This document shows positions 17,091 through 25,714 of a stretch of 36,280 bases of DNA, one piece after another. The translations under genes and the position numbers were made by a program. How positions within the stretch are numbered: position 1 is the stretch's first letter; the number at the start of each line of letters is the position of its first letter. Origin of the DNA: Clostridia bacterium (GTDB taxonomy: Bacteria > Bacillota > Clostridia > Christensenellales > CAG-138); contig JAZNUG010000077.1 in assembly GCA_045592165.1 (NCBI GenBank), positions 1-36,280 on the forward strand. The letters run 5' to 3'. Under the pieces are notes generated by a model. The model was not told the DNA's origin. It made no database searches and was given only the letters and a program-made list of their open reading frames with translations.

Positions 17091-17996
17091 ATGATAGACA
17101 TTCTTATCAACAGAATCGACGAGCTGAACAACCCCACCGTTGTGGGTCTTGACCCCACTCTGGAAATGATCCCCGGCTACCTCAAGGAGGCTAAGTTTGC
17201 CGAGTTCGGCAAGACCCCCCAGGCCGTTGCGGAGATGTTTGTGGAGTTCAACAGGCAGATTATGCTTGCGGTGCAGGGCATAGTTCCTGCCGTAAAGCCC
17301 CAGGTTGCCTTCTATGAGCGCTATGGCATCCATGGTCTCATGGCATACGAAAGAACCTGCAGCCTTGCAAAGAAAATGGGTTTTATCGTGATTGGCGATA
17401 TTAAGCGCGGAGATATCGGCTCCACTGCTGCAGCCTATGCGGCACATATCGGCGGCACCGAAATCGAGGGCGAAAAGTATGACCTGTGGCATGAGGATTT
17501 CATAACTGTAAACCCCTACCTGGGTGTGGACGGAATCAAGCCCTTTGTGGATGCCTGCAATGCCAATGACAAGGGCATATTCGTGCTGGTTAAGACCAGC
17601 AATCCCTCCAGCAGCCAGCTTCAGGATAAGCTGGTGGACGGCGTACCCGTATATCTTCACGTTGCAGCTCTTGTTGACGAATGGGGCCGCGATGCAATGG
17701 GAGAAAAGGGTTACAGCAAGGTATGCGCAGTTGTCGGTGCAACTCATCGTGAGCAGGGCGCAAGGGTGCGTCAGGCTCTGCCCAATACATTCTTCCTCGT
17801 GCCCGGCTACGGCGCACAGGGCGGCACCGCTGAGGATATCCGCGGCTTCTTTGATGCTGAGCGCCGCGGCTGCATAGTCAATTCCTCCCGCGGCATTATC
17901 GCTGCCTATAAGAAAAACGAAAAGTATGGCGAAAAGGACTTTGCCGATGCTGCACGTGATGCCGCAATCGCCATGCAGAAGGATATCATGGGATGA
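17091..17996 (+). CDS. pyrF: Orotidine-5'-phosphate decarboxylase (long type)
   Basis: VGLDP, VKPQVAFYE, DIKRGDIGST, LVKTSNP, VVGAT, LVPGYGAQGG, NSSRGI. Confidence 0.96.
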   Translation: MIDILINRIDELNNPTVVGLDPTLEMIPGYLKEAKFAEFGKTPQAVAEMFVEFNRQIMLAVQGIVPAVKPQVAFYERYGIHGLMAYERTCSLAKKMGFIVIGDIKRGDIGSTAAAYAAHIGGTEIEGEKYDLWHEDFITVNPYLGVDGIKPFVDACNANDKGIFVLVKTSNPSSSQLQDKLVDGVPVYLHVAALVDEWGRDAMGEKGYSKVCAVVGATHREQGARVRQALPNTFFLVPGYGAQGGTAEDIRGFFDAERRGCIVNSSRGIIAAYKKNEKYGEKDFADAARDAAIAMQKDIMG

Positions 17997-18751
17997 AGAA
18001 GATATCTGAAGCAATCATAAAGAAAAATATGCTCATAGCTCCGGATATTTACAGGATGGAGCTGGAATTGGCCCAGGATGTGAATGCTCTTCCCGGCCAG
18101 TTTGTTAACGTATATCTGGATGACGGTGCACATCTTTTGCCCCGTCCCATAAGCATCTGCCGCGCAGAGGGAAATAACCTTACTTTGGTATACCGTGCGG
18201 TTGGCGCCGGTACAAAGATAATGGCCGGCCTTACCGAGGGTGACACCCTCCGTGTATCCGATCCTCTTGGCAATGGATTTACACTGCCTGAGAGCGGCAC
18301 TGTGCTGGTAGTGGGCGGCGGTGTCGGCGTGCCCCCAATGCTGGGCACCGCCATTGCCGCAAAGGCCCGGGGCCTTAAGGTTATGGCGGCCGTGGGCTAT
18401 CGCAGCGAGCTTTTCCTTAATGAAGAGTTTGAGCAGACGGCAGAGCTTCTCATTGCCACCGATGACGGCAGCGCAGGCTATCATGGAACAGTTGTGGATA
18501 TGCTGCGCGGATCTGATATTCCTGCTGATACTACTGTACTTTCCTGCGGCCCCAAGCCCATGCTTAAGGCGCTGGTTGAGTATTGTCAGGAAGCAGGTTT
18601 CCCCGTTCAGGTTTCCCTTGAGGAGCGCATGGGCTGCGGCTTTGGCGCATGCGTAGGCTGTGTATGCAAGCTGAACCAGAACGGCAGCGTAGTTCAGAAG
18701 CGGGTCTGCAAGGACGGCCCCGTATTCAATGGCAGCGAGGTGATATTCTGA
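17993..18751 (+). CDS. pyrK: Dihydroorotate dehydrogenase electron-transfer subunit
   Basis: PGQFV, RPISI, GGGVGVPP, CGPKPM, ERMGCGFGACVGC, CKDGPVF. Confidence 0.95.
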   Translation: MKKISEAIIKKNMLIAPDIYRMELELAQDVNALPGQFVNVYLDDGAHLLPRPISICRAEGNNLTLVYRAVGAGTKIMAGLTEGDTLRVSDPLGNGFTLPESGTVLVVGGGVGVPPMLGTAIAAKARGLKVMAAVGYRSELFLNEEFEQTAELLIATDDGSAGYHGTVVDMLRGSDIPADTTVLSCGPKPMLKALVEYCQEAGFPVQVSLEERMGCGFGACVGCVCKLNQNGSVVQKRVCKDGPVFNGSEVIF

Positions 18752-19662
18752 TGAGCAATGTGGATCTTTCTGTAAACTTTGCAGGTCTTCAGATGAAGAA
18801 CCCCGTTACTACCGCCAGCGGTACATTTGCTCCCCGTGAGTGCGGCGAGTTTTATGATATTGCCCGCCTCGGAGCAGTAATAACCAAGGGTGTGGCGGCA
18901 GAACCATGGCAGGGCAATCCCACTCCCCGTATAGCGGAAGCCTACGGAGGAATGCTCAATGCCGTTGGCCTTCAGAATCCCGGTGCAGAGGAATATATTA
19001 AAAAAGACCTTGCTTACCTTAAGGATTTTGACGTGCCCGTAATCGCCAATCTTGCCGGTCACAGCATAGAAGAATACTGTGCGGTAACCGAGATGCTCAA
19101 CGATACCGACGTTGCCATGTATGAGCTGAATATATCCTGCCCCAATGTTAAGTTGGGCGGCATAGGCTTTGGCACAGACCCCAAAATGGCAGCAGAAGTT
19201 ACCGAGGCGGTTAAAAAGGTTTCCAAGAAACCCCTCATAGTAAAGCTTACCCCCAACGTCACCGATATTACCGCCATTGCAAAGGCAGTGGAGAGCGCAG
19301 GCGCAGATGCGGTGTCTCTGATAAACACCCTGCTTGGTATGCGCATTGACCTTCGCACAAAGCGTCCCCTCCTTGCAAACGGCACAGGCGGCTTCTCCGG
19401 CCCCGCAGTCAAGCCTGTGGCAATTCGCATGGTATATCAGGTGCGCAGAGCCATAAGCCTGCCCATACTGGGCCTTGGCGGCATTATGACCGGTGAGGAT
19501 GCGGCGGAGTTTCTTATGGCAGGTGCAGATGCGGTTGCCGTTGGCACAGCAGCCCTTGTTAACCCCACTGCTCCCGTGGACGTGGTGGAGGGCCTGAGGG
19601 CATTTATGGAAAGAGAAGGCTATCAGAATATCGCGGCGCTCAAGGCCGCATTCAAGGGATAA
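18751..19662 (+). CDS. pyrD: Dihydroorotate dehydrogenase B catalytic subunit
   Basis: KNPVTTASGT, GNPTPR, NAVGLQNPG, ELNISCPN, KLTPN, GGFSGPAVKP. TGATG overlap with pyrK. Confidence 0.96.
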   Translation: MSNVDLSVNFAGLQMKNPVTTASGTFAPRECGEFYDIARLGAVITKGVAAEPWQGNPTPRIAEAYGGMLNAVGLQNPGAEEYIKKDLAYLKDFDVPVIANLAGHSIEEYCAVTEMLNDTDVAMYELNISCPNVKLGGIGFGTDPKMAAEVTEAVKKVSKKPLIVKLTPNVTDITAIAKAVESAGADAVSLINTLLGMRIDLRTKRPLLANGTGGFSGPAVKPVAIRMVYQVRRAISLPILGLGGIMTGEDAAEFLMAGADAVAVGTAALVNPTAPVDVVEGLRAFMEREGYQNIAALKAAFKG

Positions 19663-19677
19663 CAAAGGAGGAACAAC

Positions 19678-20361
19678 ATGAGCTACAAGTCTGAATTCAT
19701 TACCTTCATGGCCCGCGCAGGCGTTTTGACCTTTGGCGATTTTACCACCAAGAGCGGCCGCAAGACCCCTTATTTTATCAATACCGGCAACTATAAGACC
19801 GGCGGACAGATTGCCCGTCTGGGCGAGTTCTATGCCGCCTGCATCGAAGAGCACATCAAGGCCGGCGAGCTGCCTGAGGATATCACAGCTCTGTTTGGAC
19901 CTGCATACAAGGGTATTCCCCTTGCAGTATCCGCTGCTGCTGCCCTTTATAAGGGCGGACGTGACCTGAACTACTGCTTTAACCGCAAGGAAGTCAAGGA
20001 TCACGGCGAAGGCGGCTCCATGGTAGGCTACAAGCCCAAGGATGGCGACAAGCTGCTGATAATCGAGGACGTTATCACTGCAGGTACTGCTGTTCGTGAA
20101 ACCCTGCCCGTACTGCAGGCAGCGGCAAAGGTAGAGGTGCCCGGCCTCATCATCTCTGTTGACCGCATGGAGCGCGGTCAGGGCGAGCTTACCGCCATTC
20201 AGGAGATAAAGCGGGATTTCGGCATCACCACTTTCCCCATCGTTACCGTTGTGGACATCCTTGAGACCCTCAGCGGCAAGGAAGTTGACGGCAAGGTGCT
20301 TATCGATGCTGACATCCGCCGCAGGATGGAGCAGTACATGGCAGATTACTGTGTAAAATAA
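19678..20361 (+). CDS. pyrE: Orotate phosphoribosyltransferase
   Basis: FGDFTTKSGR, FGPAYKGIPL, NRKEVKDHGEGG, IIEDVITAGT. SD AAGGAGG. Confidence 0.96.
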   Translation: MSYKSEFITFMARAGVLTFGDFTTKSGRKTPYFINTGNYKTGGQIARLGEFYAACIEEHIKAGELPEDITALFGPAYKGIPLAVSAAAALYKGGRDLNYCFNRKEVKDHGEGGSMVGYKPKDGDKLLIIEDVITAGTAVRETLPVLQAAAKVEVPGLIISVDRMERGQGELTAIQEIKRDFGITTFPIVTVVDILETLSGKEVDGKVLIDADIRRRMEQYMADYCVK

Positions 20362-20375
20362 ACAAATAAAACAAA

Positions 20376-20446
20376 AATGTCAAATGCACTTTACATTATG
20401 GAGCGTATATGCTACCATATAAAATGTAAAGTGCATTTTACATTTT
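20376..20446 (+). promoter_or_regulatory. Promoter with two palindromic operators for the Xre regulator
   Basis: O1 AATGTCAA-ATGCAC-TTTACATT (20376-20397) and O2 AAAATGTAAA-GTGCAT-TTTACATTTT (20421-20446). TTTACA-17 bp-TACCAT at 20390-20418. Confidence 0.75.
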
Positions 20447-20465
20447 GGAATTGGACGGTGAAAGA

Positions 20466-20663
20466 GTGAATAACAAAATAAAGGAATACAGAAAGAACCT
20501 AAAGATAACCCAGGATGACCTTGCAAGGGAAGTGGAGGTTACGAGGCAGACTATAATTGCCCTTGAAAACGGCAAGTATGATGCGTCTCTCAAACTTGCA
20601 TACAGAATTGCAAAGTACTTTGGGGTGTCCATTGAAGAAGTGTTCTTGTTTGAGGAGGAATAG
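20466..20663 (+). CDS. Xre/Cro-family HTH transcriptional regulator
   Basis: NKIKEYR...TQDDLA...[22 protein letters not shown] start after GGACGGTG. Confidence 0.92.
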   Translation: MNNKIKEYRKNLKITQDDLAREVEVTRQTIIALENGKYDASLKLAYRIAKYFGVSIEEVFLFEEE

Positions 20664-20665
20664 CT

Positions 20666-21076
20666 GTGGACTATAAGAAAAAGCTTAAAACAAGGCTGAA
20701 TACAGCCATAATAATGATAAGCGTGGGAATAATTTTTACCGTTTCATCCATATTCGCCGATTCGGAAATGGCATCCACATTTGGCGCTGTGTTTCTGGTG
20801 ATGGGCATTGCGCGGGTGGTGCAGTACAAACGGCTGCTGAATGACCCGGAGGAAATGCGCAGGCGGGAAATCGTAGAAACGGATGAGCGCAACGTAATGC
20901 TGTGGACAAAAGCCAGAAGCCTTGCCTTTGTGATATACATTATCGCCTTGGGCATTGCGGTAATAGTTCTGCAGCTGATGGAAATGACACAGGCCGCAAA
21001 CATAGTATCATGGTGCTTGATGGGGTTTGTGGTAATATACTGGATATGCTACTTTATCATTGTAAAAAAGAACTGA
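20666..21076 (+). CDS. Small 4-TM membrane protein with a DER motif (DUF2178-like)
   Basis: Four hydrophobic helices and ETDERN. Coupled to the Xre gene via SD GAGGAGG. Confidence 0.8.
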   Translation: MDYKKKLKTRLNTAIIMISVGIIFTVSSIFADSEMASTFGAVFLVMGIARVVQYKRLLNDPEEMRRREIVETDERNVMLWTKARSLAFVIYIIALGIAVIVLQLMEMTQAANIVSWCLMGFVVIYWICYFIIVKKN

Positions 21077-21085
21077 TGTGGAAGC

Positions 21086-21115
21086 AAAAACAGACGGCTG
21101 CGGGCCGTCTGTTTT
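21086..21115. terminator. Bidirectional intrinsic terminator
   Basis: AAAAACAGACGGC-TGCGG-GCCGTCTGTTTT. Confidence 0.88.
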
Positions 21116-21127
21116 AATGTGCGGTTT

Positions 21128-21964
21128 TTACATGTTAAGCAGTATCATTGCGATGAATATGAGCATTACCGCTGCCCATTGGAGCTTGCTGAGCTTTTCC
21201 TTGAAGAAAAACAGCCCGGTAAGTGTAACCACCATCAGCGTGCCAACGTGGCAGGAGGGGTAGAATATGGAGGCGGGAATGTATTCCAGGGCCTTCAGGG
21301 TTATCCTTGCGGCGTAAAAATTGGGTATGCCCAGCAGAAGGCCGAAGAGTATATCTGCTTTACCAACCTTTTCCCGGCGGAGGAGTGTAAGCAGGCCGGA
21401 CAGCAGTGCCGCCACAACAAAGATATAAAACAAAAACTGATCAGACAAGCTGACAGGGCCAAATTGCTCATACACCTTGCTGATGGCATCAGCGCTTCCG
21501 TTTATGATAAGCAGCAGGGGAAGACCCAGCTTGAATTGTATTGTATTGTCCTGATCCTTAAGGTTGATAAGCACTATTGCCGTAACTGCCAGCAGCACTC
21601 CGCAGAACTGGATAAGGCTGGGCCGCTCATTAAAGAAAACCAGGGATATGGCAAGGGGAACCAGTAGGCCCAGTTTCATGAAGGTGGAGGAAAGAACTAT
21701 TCCGTTTTTCCTTACATTGAGCTCAAGGAGCAGAAAAGCGGAAAGATACAGCACGCCGCCTATGGAGCCGATGATGATCGGGGCAGAGGAGCCTCTGGCA
21801 ATAAGGGGCTGGCCTGCTGCCAGCATATGAAATGCTGCAAGGAACATGCTGGTGAAATAGCTGATGGCCAGCTTGGGAGTTTTTGCGGAGGTATGGTCCT
21901 CACTTATGCGCATGAATATGGCTATCATCGCGCCGCCCAGTATGGCAGGAATAAGGTAAAGCAC
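21128..21964 (-). CDS. EamA/DMT-family transporter
   Basis: About 10 TM helices in two repeats ending FFNERPS and FFKEKLS. GTG start. Confidence 0.85.
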   Translation of the reverse strand: MLYLIPAILGGAMIAIFMRISEDHTSAKTPKLAISYFTSMFLAAFHMLAAGQPLIARGSSAPIIIGSIGGVLYLSAFLLLELNVRKNGIVLSSTFMKLGLLVPLAISLVFFNERPSLIQFCGVLLAVTAIVLINLKDQDNTIQFKLGLPLLLIINGSADAISKVYEQFGPVSLSDQFLFYIFVVAALLSGLLTLLRREKVGKADILFGLLLGIPNFYAARITLKALEYIPASIFYPSCHVGTLMVVTLTGLFFFKEKLSKLQWAAVMLIFIAMILLNM

Positions 21965-22042
21965 AGTAAAATACCGCCTGAAAATTAGTCTTTGGTATTA
22001 TAACATATCAGAAAGCAAAAGGTAACACTGTGCGAACAATAT

Positions 22043-22070
22043 AAAATCCGGGAATACTTTTCCGGATTTT
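22043..22070 (-). terminator. Intrinsic terminator
   Basis: AAAATCCGGGAA-TACT-TTTCCGGATTTT, just past the stop of the 22077-22511 gene. Confidence 0.75.
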
Positions 22071-22076
22071 GTGCTT

Positions 22077-22511
22077 TTACAGATATTGGCGGATGTCTAT
22101 TGTCAGCTTTTCTTCAAGGTTGATAAGCCGCTTGGTAATGTCCTTTGATACTTCGTCTGCCGCTTCGTACTGATTCAGATACCTGTTAAGGGATTTTACT
22201 CCCATATTGCAGCCGTCTGTCATCAGGTCGGCTATGGTGCTGTCGGTGTCGTCCATGCCAAGCTTTACGTTGGTTTTCATCCACGACATGCCCTTGGCAA
22301 TAGGGTTGGGGTCCTTGCCGTCATCCTGATATTTTTCCAATAGGTGCTGAAGTTCGGCCTGCAGTTTCAGGTGCTCTTCCTTACAAAGGGACAGCTTTTC
22401 CCTGAAGTCCTTGCTTTCAATGTGATTTATAACCTCGTCGATGGAGGAAACCCCCATCTTGATGCCTGCGTCGCATTCCCGCAGCAGTTTTACCGTATCC
22501 TGTTCTATCAT
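22077..22511 (-). CDS. Hypothetical four-helix (ferritin-like) protein
   Basis: Two related helical halves (GIKMGVSSI / GCNMGVKSL). SD AGAAGGAG. Confidence 0.7.
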   Translation of the reverse strand: MIEQDTVKLLRECDAGIKMGVSSIDEVINHIESKDFREKLSLCKEEHLKLQAELQHLLEKYQDDGKDPNPIAKGMSWMKTNVKLGMDDTDSTIADLMTDGCNMGVKSLNRYLNQYEAADEVSKDITKRLINLEEKLTIDIRQYL

Positions 22512-22644
22512 GTCAGCTTCTCCTTCTCTTGTTGCTTGGGATTAGTATGCCCATTCTGCGGCCGGCCATGTTATGGCAGAAGGAAAAGTTGAAATGATGT
22601 CCGGTATGGTGCTATATTTATGGATATGGAAAGGAAGTAAAATA

Positions 22645-23241
22645 ATGAGCAAGTATGAAAAATGCCATCCGTCCTATTCCGAGGATGCTTTGATTTATGA
22701 AGCCGTGGAGGCTGCAAAGGGCTTTGATAGGCTGGCTGATGCAAATCTGTATTTCAAGGCCCTGTGCGATTCTATGCCGAAATTCGTGCAGTTGAGCAAT
22801 AATGTTTATCGTTACAAGGATTATTTTATTCAGGTGGGAAAGCGATTCCTTATGGCGGGCCACGGAAGCTCTCTGATGAGCCTGTCTGGGATGGAGCTTT
22901 CCTTCTTGCCCCAGGGTATTGCCGTTATATGGTTGGATAACGACGAAGATATGGTGCTGATTACAAGGATAAAGGGCAGCGAAGCCCATCGTCTGCTGCC
23001 GTACAGCGGCCCTGTATCTGCACTGTCCGTGCAGGCAAGACAGCGTCTTTTGGCGGATGCGGATCGTTTGCTTGAGGATAACCGCGCCGTATTGGCTGTT
23101 ACGAAAGAAAAAGACTCGTGGAACCTTCTTGAGGGGGAGGAAAGGATAGTCTTTTCCCGTTGTGAACTGGCTTTCGTTCCGGATGGGGCAAAAGCCGCAT
23201 ATCGCAGCAGAGTTCTGGAAGCACTTCAATTGGACGAATAA
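22645..23241 (+). CDS. Hypothetical protein, possibly a degenerate kinase-like fold
   Basis: 198 aa ORF with SD GAAAGGA, ending at a terminator. The fold is a guess. Confidence 0.65.
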   Translation: MSKYEKCHPSYSEDALIYEAVEAAKGFDRLADANLYFKALCDSMPKFVQLSNNVYRYKDYFIQVGKRFLMAGHGSSLMSLSGMELSFLPQGIAVIWLDNDEDMVLITRIKGSEAHRLLPYSGPVSALSVQARQRLLADADRLLEDNRAVLAVTKEKDSWNLLEGEERIVFSRCELAFVPDGAKAAYRSRVLEALQLDE

Positions 23242-23243
23242 TG

Positions 23244-23274
23244 AAAAAAAGGGAGCGGTTTTCCGCTCCCTATT
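23244..23274. terminator. Intrinsic terminator, strongest for the minus-strand rubrerythrin gene
   Basis: AAAAAAAGGGAGCGG-TTTT-CCGCTCCCT. Confidence 0.88.
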
Positions 23275-23285
23275 AATGTGACTTT

Positions 23286-23828
23286 TTAGTTGAAGTACCT
23301 CTTCAGCAGGCCTTCGAATGCCTTGCCATGACGGGCCTCGTCACGGGCCATTTCATGGACGGTGTCATGGATGGCGTCAAGATTCAGTTCCTTGGCGCGC
23401 TTTGCCAGCATGAACTTGCCCTCGGTGGCGCCGTTTTCGGCTTCTACGCGCATCTCGAGGTTCTTCTTGGTGCTGTCGGTAACAACTTCGCCCAGCAGCT
23501 CGGCAAACTTTGCAGCATGCTCAGCTTCTTCATAGGCAGCCTTTTCCCAGTACAGGCCGATTTCGGGATAGCCCTCGCGGTGTGCTACACGGGCCATGGC
23601 AAGGTACATACCTACTTCGGTGCATTCGCCGGTGAAGTTGGCGCGGAGGCCCTCGATGATTTCGGGATCTACGCCCTGAGCAACGCCAACGACGTGTTCG
23701 GCGGCCCAGCTCAGCTTGGTTTCGTCAACGGCAACGAATTTTTCGGCGCCGGCCTTGCAGGTGGGGCAAAAATCGGGAGCGGCATTGCCCTCGTGAACAT
23801 AACCGCAAATGGTGCAACGGAATTTCAT
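23286..23828 (-). CDS. Reverse rubrerythrin (NADH peroxidase)
   Basis: N-terminal rubredoxin-like CTICGY...CPTC, then di-iron motifs [15 protein letters not shown] and DEARHG. SD AGGAGG. Confidence 0.95.
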   Translation of the reverse strand: MKFRCTICGYVHEGNAAPDFCPTCKAGAEKFVAVDETKLSWAAEHVVGVAQGVDPEIIEGLRANFTGECTEVGMYLAMARVAHREGYPEIGLYWEKAAYEEAEHAAKFAELLGEVVTDSTKKNLEMRVEAENGATEGKFMLAKRAKELNLDAIHDTVHEMARDEARHGKAFEGLLKRYFN

Positions 23829-23928
23829 GAATTAATCCTCCTGAATTTTTAGTATTATACCATCGGCACAGCCGATCTGTGACGGTATGGATGGCGGCGG
23901 TTAGTCATAAGCAACTCCCACCATATAG

Positions 23929-23957
23929 ATGATATACTATTTGCCTTTTTTTGGCAA
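23929..23957 (-). promoter_or_regulatory. sigmaA promoter upstream of rubrerythrin
   Basis: TTGCCA-17 bp-TATCAT. A TTGCC-N7-GGCAA dyad overlaps the -35. Confidence 0.55.
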
Positions 23958-24046
23958 TATTCTCTATACATATTTGCGGAAAAAACACAATATGGTCACT
24001 GGCGGATAAAATATAGATCCGAATGGTGATAATTTATTCAATCATG

Positions 24047-24075
24047 TTGAACTTGACAGGTCAAAGTGAGATAAT
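24047..24075 (+). promoter_or_regulatory. Promoter of the TauE operon with a dyad in the spacer
   Basis: TTGAAC-17 bp-GATAAT with TG extension. TTGAC-AG-GTCAA at 24053-24064. Confidence 0.55.
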
Positions 24076-24121
24076 CTATACAGGAGAATGTTGTTCCCAT
24101 CAGGAGCACAGATAAGATTTA

Positions 24122-24868
24122 ATGGAATTTTCTGCAGAACTTTTTGCTTTTATCGCCGCCGCATGCTTTATGGGCGCTTTTGTTCAGCGGGTAAGTGGTA
24201 TAGGATACGGCATAATAGTAATGATGTTTTTTCCGCTGGCCATGAGTATGGGGGAATCCACGGCCCTTTCCGGCATGGGTTCACTTATTGCCTCCTGTGT
24301 GGTGACTTATTCCATGCGGAAGTATATCAATATAAAAAAGGCAATGTTGCCTTTGGTGCCATACTGTGTCATAGCCTGCCTGATGATGCTGTTCGTAAAA
24401 AGCGCCGCACACAGCCTGCTTATGCTGCTGCTGGGTATCGCTCTTTGCGGTATGAGCATATATTTCTATTTTTTCAACGGAAGGATACACATACTTCCCA
24501 CGCCGAAAAACGCAATGATAGCAGGCAGTATAGGCGGTGTGCTGTCAGGATTGTTCTCCATGGGCGGTCCGCCGGTAATGGTATACTTCCTCAGCTGCAG
24601 CGATACCAATGACGAATATCTTGCAAACATACAGTTCTTTTTCGTGGTTTCAAATGCGATTTCCACCGTGGCAAGGGTTGCAAATGGTTTTGTGACCGCA
24701 AATGTGATGTGGCTTATGGTGCCGTCTGCTCTTGCCATGGCTGCCGCGAATTTCCTGGGCGGCAGGGTATACAGGAAAATCAGCACAGAGGGTCTGCGCA
24801 AGGTGGTATACGGAGTGGTTGGCCTATGCGGATTGCTTACCATACTCAGGGCCACAGTATTGGCCTGA
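24122..24868 (+). CDS. TauE/SafE-family (TSUP) transporter
   Basis: GAFVQRVSGIGYG, GSIGGVLSGLFSMGGPP, about 8 TM helices. Confidence 0.88.
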   Translation: MEFSAELFAFIAAACFMGAFVQRVSGIGYGIIVMMFFPLAMSMGESTALSGMGSLIASCVVTYSMRKYINIKKAMLPLVPYCVIACLMMLFVKSAAHSLLMLLLGIALCGMSIYFYFFNGRIHILPTPKNAMIAGSIGGVLSGLFSMGGPPVMVYFLSCSDTNDEYLANIQFFFVVSNAISTVARVANGFVTANVMWLMVPSALAMAAANFLGGRVYRKISTEGLRKVVYGVVGLCGLLTILRATVLA

Positions 24869-24901
24869 CAGTGCAATATTTAGAGAACAGAGGAGGATAG
24901 C

Positions 24902-25666
24902 ATGGATCAAAGCTATTGCAGTGCAAATAACAGACAGCCCGTGTCAAGCGTGCGCAAGGCGTATTTTGCAAGGCTTATTGGCCGCTGCCTGCTGTTCTGT
25001 GTATGCATATGCTTATGGATATGGCATCCCGGGACATTTGACGTACTGTATGGTATGAATTTCTTTGACAGGCTTTCTTTTATCCATTTCATGTGGATAT
25101 TATGGATGATCGATATGATCTGTCAGCTGCTGCCCATAGGGAGCAGAATATCCCTGGGATCCCATAAGCTGTTCAAACAGAAATTCCGTCCGATACGGGA
25201 TAAGATTAATTATAAGGCGCTGCGGGAATACATGGTATCCACCACAAAGGCTGCATACAAGGTTATGCTGCTGTGGCTGGGGCTTGCCGCAATAATAGCG
25301 TGGTTGTATTTTACAAAGGTGATAAACCGTATAGCCATGTTTATGATAACCGCCGCATTTTCCATATGCGATCTTATCTGTGTGCTGATATGGTGTCCCT
25401 TCAGGCTGTTGATGAAAACCCGCTGCTGTACCACCTGCAGAATATTCAACTGGGATCATCTGATGATGTTTACCCCGATGTTTTTTGTAAAAGGCTTTTA
25501 TTCGTGGAGCCTGGCCTTTATTGCACTGCTGGTTTTTGTAATATGGGAGCTGTTTACATTGATGTACCCGGAACGTTTCTGGGAGCATTCCAACGATGCC
25601 CTCAAGTGCGCAAATTGTACGGATAAGCTGTGCACCCAGTATTGCAGAAAACTGACCCAAAGATAA
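24902..25666 (+). CDS. Hypothetical Cys-rich membrane protein
   Basis: 5-6 TM helices, WCPF, RCCTTCRIFNWD, PERF, LKCANCTDKLC. SD GAGGAGG. Confidence 0.8.
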   Translation: MDQSYCSANNRQPVSSVRKAYFARLIGRCLLFCVCICLWIWHPGTFDVLYGMNFFDRLSFIHFMWILWMIDMICQLLPIGSRISLGSHKLFKQKFRPIRDKINYKALREYMVSTTKAAYKVMLLWLGLAAIIAWLYFTKVINRIAMFMITAAFSICDLICVLIWCPFRLLMKTRCCTTCRIFNWDHLMMFTPMFFVKGFYSWSLAFIALLVFVIWELFTLMYPERFWEHSNDALKCANCTDKLCTQYCRKLTQR

Positions 25667-25679
25667 ATATTAAGAAATC

Positions 25680-25714
25680 AAAGGCCGCCGGAATTACCGG
25701 CGGCTGTTTGTTTT
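25680..25714. terminator. Intrinsic terminator between convergent genes
   Basis: GCCGCCGG-AATTA-CCGGCGGC-TGTTTGTTTT. Confidence 0.8.

Noticed and set aside
14365-20004. Long minus-strand ORFs over the pyr operon (321, 345 and 436 aa)
   Set aside because: They mirror well-supported pyr genes and have no independent coding signals.
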